From: Auanema rhodensis
Taxonomy: Eukaryota; Animalia; Nematoda
DNA length: 64,000 nt
Reading direction: 5' to 3'
Assembly (NCBI GenBank): GCA_964057225.1
Contig: OZ059894.1
Coordinates: forward strand, 23,498,001 to 23,562,000
Shown here: positions 56,201-64,000 of the stretch, piece by piece
Numbering within the stretch: the stretch's first letter is position 1
Layout of the letters: each line of letters opens with the position of its first letter
Notes under the pieces: model-generated
The model's database searches: none
What the model saw: only the letters and a program-made list of their open reading frames with translations
What the model was told of the DNA's origin: nothing
Program-made: the position numbers and the translations under genes

Positions 56201-57500
56201 TTAGATTCCCCATGTCCATATTAGTCTAAAAACAAATTTTTATTGATATTGGTTCATGGTAACCATGACTTTGAAATTTACGTGAACTTTAATTTATGCT
56301 AATTAAATGTACACGTGATGTGCACTTGGTATGTAACTCGCTTCACGTGAAAGATAAAGAGATGCGGTTTTCAAAATTAGATTCCCCATGTCCATATTAG
56401 TCTAAAAACAAATTTTTATTGATATTGGTTCATGGTAACCATGTCTTTGAAATTTACGTGAACTTTAATTTATGCTAATTAAATGTACACGTGATATGCA
56501 CTTGGTATGTAACTCGCTTCACGTGAAAGATAAAGAGATGCGGTTTTCAAAATTAGATTCCCCATGTCCATATTAGTCTAAAAACAAATTTTTATTGTTA
56601 TTGGTTCATGGTAACCATGACTTTGAAATTTACGTGAACTTTAATTTATGCTAATTAAATGTACACGTGATGTGCACTTGGTATGTAACTCGCTTCACGT
56701 GAAAGATAAAGAGATGCGGTTTTCAAAATTAGATTCCCCATGTCCATATTAGTCTAAAAACAAATTTTTATTGATATTGGTTCATGGTAACCATGTCTTT
56801 GAAATTTACGTGAACTTTAATTTATGCTAATTAAATGTACACGTGATGTGCACTTGGTATGTGACTCGCTTCACGTGAAAGATAAAGAGATGCGGTTTTC
56901 AAAATTAGATTCCCCATGTCCATATTAGTCTAAAAACAAATTTTTATTGATATTGGTTCATGGTAACCATGACTTTGAAATTTACGTGAACTTTAATTTA
57001 TGCTAATTAAATGTACACGTGATGTGCACTTGGTATGTAACTCGCTTCACGTGAAAGATAAAGAGATGCGGTTTTCAAAATTAGATTCCCCATGTCCATA
57101 TTAGTTTAAACAAACTTTTATTGTTATTGGTTCAAGGTAACCATGACTTTGAATTTTACGTGAACTTTAATTTATGCTAATTAAATGTACACGTGATGTG
57201 CACTTGGTATGTAACTCGCTTCACGTGAAAGATAAAGAGATGCGGTTTTCAAAATTAGATTCCCCATGTCCATATTAGTCTAAAAACAAATTTTTATTGA
57301 TATTGGTTCATGGTAACCATGACTTTGAAATTTACGTGAACTTTAATTTATGCTAACTAAATGTACACGTGATGTGCACTTGGTATGTAACTCGCTTCAC
57401 GTGAAAGATAAAGAGATGCGGTTTTCAAAATTAGATTCCCCATGTCCATATTAGTCTAAAAACAAATTTTTATTGATATTGGTTCATGGTAACCATGACT
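47300..57500. repeat. 11-monomer (1932 bp) and 28-monomer (4922 bp) block duplications built on an approximately 8-monomer rhythm
   Basis: 174-bp monomers map 47438->49370 and 48844->50776 (+1932), and 49370->54292, 50776->55698, 52182->57104 (+4922). The co-travelling GAAACTTACG and ATAAAAAGAT variants follow the same offsets. Confidence 0.82.
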
Positions 57501-60500
57501 TTGAAATTTACGTGAACTTTAATTTATGCTAATTAAATGTACACGTGATGTGCACTTGGTATGTAACTTGCTTCACGTGAAAGATAAAGAGATGCGGTTT
57601 TCAAAATTAGATTCCCCATGTCCATATTAGTCTAAAAACAAATTTTTTTTGTTATTGGTTCATGGTAACCATGACTTTGAAATTTACGTGAACTTTAATT
57701 TATGCTAATTAAATGTACACGTGATGTGCACTTGGTATGTAACTCGCTTCACGTGAAAGATAAAGAGATGCGGTTTTCAAAATTAGATTCCCCATGTCCA
57801 TATTAGTCTAAAAACAAATTTTTATTGTTATTGGTTCATGGTAACCATGACTTTGAAATTTACGTGAACTTTAATTTATGCTAATTAAATGTACACGTGA
57901 TGTGCACTTGGTATGTAACTCGCTTCACGTGAAAGATAAAGAGATGCGGTTTTCAAAATTAGATTCCCCATGTCTATATTAGTCTAAAAACAAATGTTTA
58001 TTGATATTGGTTCATGGTAACCATGACTTTGAAATTTACGTGAACTTTAATTTATGCTAATTAAATGTACACGTGATGTGCACTTGGTATGTAACTCGCT
58101 TCACGTGAAAGATAAAGAGATGCGGTTTTCAAAATTAGATTCCCCATGTCCATATTAGTCTAAAAACAAATTTTTATTGATATTGGTTCATGGTAACCAT
58201 GTCTTTGAAATTTACGTGAACTTTAATTTATGCTAATTAAATGTACACGTGATATGCACTTGGTATGTAACTCGCTTCACGTGAAAGATAAAGAGATGCG
58301 GTTTTCAAAATTAGATTCCCCATGTCCATATTAGTCTAAAAACAAATTTTTATTGTTATTGGTTCATGGTAACCATGACTTTGAAATTTACGTGAACTTT
58401 AATTTATGCTAATTAAATGTACACGTGATGTGCACTTGGTATGTAACTCGCTTCACGTGAAAGATAAAGAGATGCGGTTTTCAAAATTAGATTCCCCATG
58501 TCCATATTAGTCTAAAAACAAATTTTTATTGATATTGGTTCATGGTAACCATGTCTTTGAAATTTACGTGAACTTTAATTTATGCTAATTAAATGTACAC
58601 GTGATGTGCACTTGGTATGTGACTCGCTTCACGTGAAAGATAAAGAGATGCGGTTTTCAAAATTAGATTCCCCATGTCCATATTAGTCTAAAAACAAATT
58701 TTTATTGATATTGGTTCATGGTAACCATGACTTTGAAATTTACGTGAACTTTAATTTATGCTAATTAAATGTACACGTGATGTGCACTTGGTATGTAACT
58801 TGCTTCACGTGAAAGATAAAGAGATGCGGTTTTCAAACTTAGATTCCCCATGTCCATATTAGTTTAAACAAACTTTTATTGTTATTGGTTCAAGGTAACC
58901 ATGACTTTGAATTTTACGTGAACTTTAATTTATGCTAATTAAATGTACACGTGATGTGCACTTGGTATGTAACTCGCTTCACGTGAAAGATAAAGAGATG
59001 CGGTTTTCAAAATTAGATTCCCCATGTCCATATTAGTCTAAAAACAAATTTTTATTGATATTGGTTCATGGTAACCATGACTTTGAAATTTACGTGAACT
59101 TTAATTTATGCTAATTAAATGTACACGTGATGTGCACTTGGTATGTAACTCGCTTCACGTGAAAGATAAAGAGATGCGGTTTTCAAAATTAGATTCCCCA
59201 TGTCTATATTAGTCTAAAAACAAATTTTTATTGATATTGGTTCATGTTAACCATGACTTTGAAATTTACGTGAACTTTAATTTATGCTAATTAAATGTAC
59301 ACGTGATGTGCACTTGGTATGTAACTCGCTTCACGTGAAAGATAAAGAGATGCGGTTTTCAAAATTAGATTCCCCATGTCCATATTAGTCTAAAAACAAA
59401 TTTTTATTGATATTGGTTCATGGTAACCATGTCTTTGAAATTTACGTGAACTTTAATTTATGCTAATTAAATGTACACGTGATGTGCACTTGGTATGTAA
59501 CTCGCTTCACGTGAAAGATAAAGAGATGCGGTTTTCAAAATTAGATTCCCCATGTCCATATTAGTCTAAAAACAAATTTTTATTGATATTGGTTCATGGT
59601 AACCATGACTTTGAAATTTACGTGAACTTTAATTTATGCTAATTAAATGTACACGTGATGTGCACTTGGTATGTAACTCGCTTCACGTGAAAGATAAAGA
59701 GATGCGGTTTTCAAAATTAGATTCCCCATGTCCATATTAGTCTAAAAACAAATTTTTATTGATATTGGTTCATGGTAACCATGACTTTGAAATTTACGTG
59801 AACTTTAATTTATGCTAACTAAATGTACACGTGATGTGCACTTGGTATGTAACTCGCTTCACGTGAAAGATAAAGAGATGCGGTTTTCAAAATTAGATTC
59901 CCCATGTCCATATTAGTCTAAAAACAAATTTTTATTGATATTGGTGCATGGTAACCATGACTTTGAAATTTACGTGAACTTTAATTTATGCTAATTAAAT
60001 GTACACGTGATGTGCACTTGGTATGTAACTTGCTTCACGTGAAAGATAAAGAGATGCGGTTTTCAAAATTAGATTCCCCATGTCCATATTAGTCTAAAAA
60101 CAAATTTTTATTGATATTGGTGCATGGTAACCATGACTTTGAAATTTACGTGAACTTTAATTTATGCTAATTAAATGTACACGTGATGTGCACTTGGTAT
60201 GTAACTCGCTTCACGTGAAAGATAAAGAGATGCGGTTTTCAAAATTAAATTCCCCATGTCCATATTAGTCTAAAAACAAATTTTTATTGATATTGGTTCA
60301 TGGTAACCATGTCTTTGAAATTTACGTGAACTTTAATTTATGCTAATTAAATGTACACGTGATGTGCACTTGGTATGTAACTCGCTTCACGTGAAAGATA
60401 AAGAGATGCGGTTTTCAAAATTAGATTCCCCATGTCCATATTAGTCTAAAAACAAATTTTTATTGATATTGGTTCATGGTAACCATGACTTTGAAATTTA

Positions 60501-63500
60501 CGTGAACTTTAATTTATGCTAATTAAATGTACACGTGATGTGCACTTGGTATGTAACTCGCTTCACGTGAAAGATAAAGAGATGCGGTTTTCAAAATTAG
60601 ATTCCCCATGTCCATATTAGTCTAAAAACAAATTTTTATTGTTATTGGTTCATGGTAACCATGACTTTGAAATTTACGTGAACTTTAATTTATGCTAATT
60701 AAATGTACACGTGATGTGCACTTGGTATGTAACTCGCTTCACGTGAAAGATAAAGAGATGCGGTTTTCAAAATTAGATTCCCCATGTCTATATTAGTCTA
60801 AAAACAAATGTTTATTGATATTGGTTCATGGTAACCATGACTTTGAAATTTACGTGAACTTTAATTTATGCTAATTAAATGTACACGTGATGTGCACTTG
60901 GTATGTAACTCGCTTCACGTGAAAGATAAAGAGATGCGGTTTTCAAAATTAGATTCCCCATGTCCATATTAGTCTAAAAACAAATTTTTATTGATATTGG
61001 TTCATGGTAACCATGTCTTTGAAATTTACGTGAACTTTAATTTATGCTAATTAAATGTACACGTGATATGCACTTGGTATGTAACTCGCTTCACGTGAAA
61101 GATAAAGAGATGCGGTTTTCAAAATTAGATTCCCCATGTCCATATTAGTCTAAAAACAAATTTTTATTGTTATTGGTTCATGGTAACCATGACTTTGAAA
61201 TTTACGTGAACTTTAATTTATGCTAATTAAATGTACACGCGATGTGCACTTGGTATGTAACTCGCTTCACGTGAAAGATAAAGAGATGCGGTTTTCAAAA
61301 TTAGATTCCCCATGTCCATATTAGTCTAAAAACAAATTTTTATTGATATTGGTTCATGGTAACCATGTCTTTGAAATTTACGTGAACTTTAATTTATGCT
61401 AATTAAATGTACACGTGATGTGCACTTGGTATGTGACTCGCTTCACGTGAAAGATAAAGAGATGCGGTTTTCAAAATTAGATTCCCCATGTCCATATTAG
61501 TCTAAAAACAAATTTTTATTGATATTGGTTCATGGTAACCATGACTTTGAAATTTACGTGAACTTTAATTTATGCTAATTAAATGTACACGTGATGTGCA
61601 CTTGGTATGTAACTCGCTTCACGTGAAAGATAAAGAGATGCGGTTTTCAAAATTAGATTCCCCATGTCCATATTAGTTTAAACAAACTTTTATTGTTATT
61701 GGTTCAAGGTAACCATGACTTTGAATTTTACGTGAACTTTAATTTATGCTAATTAAATGTACACGTGATGTGCACTTGGTATGTAACTCGCTTCACGTGA
61801 AAGATAAAGAGATGCGGTTTTCAAAATTAGATTCCCCATGTCCATATTAGTCTAAAAACAAATTTTTATTGATATTGGTTCATGGTAACCATGACTTTGA
61901 AATTTACGTGAACTTTAATTTATGCTAATTAAATGTACACGTGATGTGCACTTGGTATGTAACTCGCTTCACGTGAAAGATAAAGAGATGCGGTTTTCAA
62001 AATTAGATTCCCCATGTCTATATTAGTCTAAAAACAAATTTTTATTGATATTGGTTCATGGTAACCATGACTTTGAAATTTACGTGAACTTTAATTTATG
62101 CTAATTAAATGTACACGTGATGTGCACTTGGTATGTAACTCGCTTCACGTGAAAGATAAAGAGATGCGGTTTTCAAAATTAGATTCCCCATGTCCATATT
62201 AGTCTAAAAACAAATTTTTATTGATATTGGTTCATGGTAACCATGTCTTTGAAATTTACGTGAACTTTAATTTATGCTAATTAAATGTACACGTGATGTG
62301 CACTTGGTATGTAACTCGCTTCACGTGAAAGATAAAAAGATGCGGTTTTCAAAATTAGATTCCCCATGTCCATATTAGTCTAAAAACAAATTTTTATTGA
62401 TATTGGTTCATGGTAACCATGACTTTGAAATTTACGTGAACTTTAATTTATGCTAATTAAATGTACACGTGATGTGCACTTGGTATGTAACTCGCTTCAC
62501 GTGAAAGATAAAGAGATGCGGTTTTCAAAATTAGATTCCCCATGTCCATATTAGTCTAAAAACAAATTTTTATTGATATTGGTTCATGGTAACCATGACT
62601 TTGAAATTTACGTGAACTTTAATTTATGCTAATTAAATGTACACGTGATGTGCACTTGGTATGTAACTCGCTTCACGTGAAAGATAAAGAGATGCGGTTT
62701 TCAAAATTAGATTCCCCATGTCCATATTAGTCTAAAAACAAATTTTTATTGATATTGGTGCATGGTAACCATGACTTTGAAATTTACGTGAACTTTAATT
62801 TATGCTAATTAAATGTACACGTGATGTGCACTTGGTATGTAACTTGCTTCACGTGAAAGATAAAGAGATGCGGTTTTCAAAATTGGATTCCCCATGTCCA
62901 TATTAGTCTAAAAACAAATTTTTATTGATATTGGTTCATGGTAACCATGACTTTGAAATTTACGTGAACTTTAATTTATGCTAATTAAATGTACACGTGA
63001 TGTGCACTTGGTATGTAACTCGCTTCACGTGAAAGATAAAGAGATGCGGTTTTCAAAATTAGATTCCCCATGTCTATATTAGTCTAAAAACAAATTTTTA
63101 TTGATATTGGTTCATGGTAACCATGACTTTGAAATTTACGTGAACTTTAATTTATGCTAATTAAATGTACACGTGATGTGCACTTGGTATGTAACTCGCT
63201 TCACGTGAAAGATAAAGAGATGCGGTTTTCAAAATTAGATTCCCCATGTCCATATTAGTCTAAAAACAAATTTTTATTGATATTGGTTCATGGTAACCAT
63301 GTCTTTGAAATTTACGTGAACTTTAATTTATGCTAATTAAATGTACACGTGATATGCACTTGGTATGTAACTCGCTTCACGTGAAAGATAAAGAGATGCG
63401 GTTTTCAAAATTAGATTCCCCATGTCCATATTAGTCTAAAAACAAATTTTTATTGTTATTGGTTCATGGTAACCATGACTTTGAAATTTACGTGAACTTT

Positions 63501-64000
63501 AATTTATGCTAATTAAATGTACACGCGATGTGCACTTGGTATGTAACTCGCTTCACGTGAAAGATAAAGAGATGCGGTTTTCAAAATTAGATTCCCCATG
63601 TCCATATTAGTCTAAAAACAAATTTTTATTGATATTGGTTCATGGTAACCATGTCTTTGAAATTTACGTGAACTTTAATTTATGCTAATTAAATGTACAC
63701 GTGATGTGCACTTGGTATGTGACTCGCTTCACGTGAAAGATAAAGAGATGCGGTTTTCAAAATTAGATTCCCCATGTCCATATTAGTCTAAAAACAAATT
63801 TTTATTGATATTGGTTCATGGTAACCATGACTTTGAAATTTACGTGAACTTTAATTTATGCTAATTAAATGTACACGTGATGTGCACTTGGTATGTAACT
63901 CGCTTCACGTGAAAGATAAAGAGATGCGGTTTTCAAAATTAGATTCCCCATGTCCATATTAGTTTAAACAAACTTTTATTGTTATTGGTTCAAGGTAACC

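Larger units (their letters stand above)
1..64000. repeat. 176-bp AT-rich tandem satellite array, about 364.5 monomers, putatively centromeric/pericentromeric; extends beyond both window edges
   Basis: CGTGAAAGATAAAGAG recurs at 1, 177, 353, 529 and onward. Consensus: CGTGAAAGATAAAGAGATGCGGTTTTCAAAATTAGATTCCCCATGTCCATATTAGTCTAAAAACAAATTTTTATTGATATTGGT[G/T]CATGGTAACCATGACTTTGAAATTTACGTGAACTTTAATTTATGCTAATTAAATGTACACGTGATGTGCACTTGGTATGTAACTCGCTTCA. The indels I found (1x-1, 2x-5, 5x-24, 2x+1, 15x-2) sum to -159 bp. This predicts that the window ends at position 95 of monomer 365, which it does (...GGTAACC). The centromeric role is inference from monomer size and homogeneity. Confidence 0.99.
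29050..64000. repeat. Right subfamily domain: GGTTCAT allele predominant; carries the 174-bp variant monomer from 35.8 kb onward
   Basis: Nearly all monomers read TTGGTTCATGG, with only scattered G-allele copies (e.g. 37442, 39552, 43774, 48522, 55376, 62760). I did not see the left-domain variants GAATCCCC or GATTTCTCAT here. Confidence 0.85.

Noticed and set aside
1-64000. CRISPR array or other repeat-spacer system
   Set aside because: There are no unique spacers, since the whole 176 bp is repeated, and there is no leader or cas gene.
1-64000. Sequencing or assembly artefact, such as a rolling-circle concatemer
   Set aside because: Variants are shared between copies in ordered, nested blocks with exact monomer-multiple offsets, which random error would not produce. 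Individual duplications and the singleton 1-bp deletion near 6549 still need read-level confirmation.
1-64000. Embedded retroelement, telomeric repeat or strand inversion
   Set aside because: None was seen. The indel bookkeeping accounts exactly for the monomer phase from base 1 to base 64000, leaving no room for a foreign insertion unless it preserved the 176-bp phase.

Overview
The whole 64 kb window is one uninterrupted, head-to-tail satellite DNA array in a single orientation. The monomer is 176 bp and about 32% GC (57/176 by hand count). There are about 364.5 copies, most differing from consensus by only a few bases. I find no genes, RNA genes, transposon insertions, inversions or unique sequence. 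The five 60-aa ORFs are by-products of one TAG->CAG variant of the monomer. Monomer size, AT richness and homogeneity fit a eukaryotic centromeric or pericentromeric satellite, but I cannot name the species or family, and function cannot be read from sequence. The informative signal lies in the variants. Diagnostic SNPs and indels (1-, 5- and 24-bp deletions, a 1-bp insertion, and a multiply mutated 174-bp monomer) split the array into sequential subfamily domains and record nested block duplications of about 6 to 36 monomers. The monomer itself carries two overlapping, mutually exclusive inverted repeats and three ACGTGA motifs spaced 32-33 bp apart. I see no support for a novel protein-coding system here.
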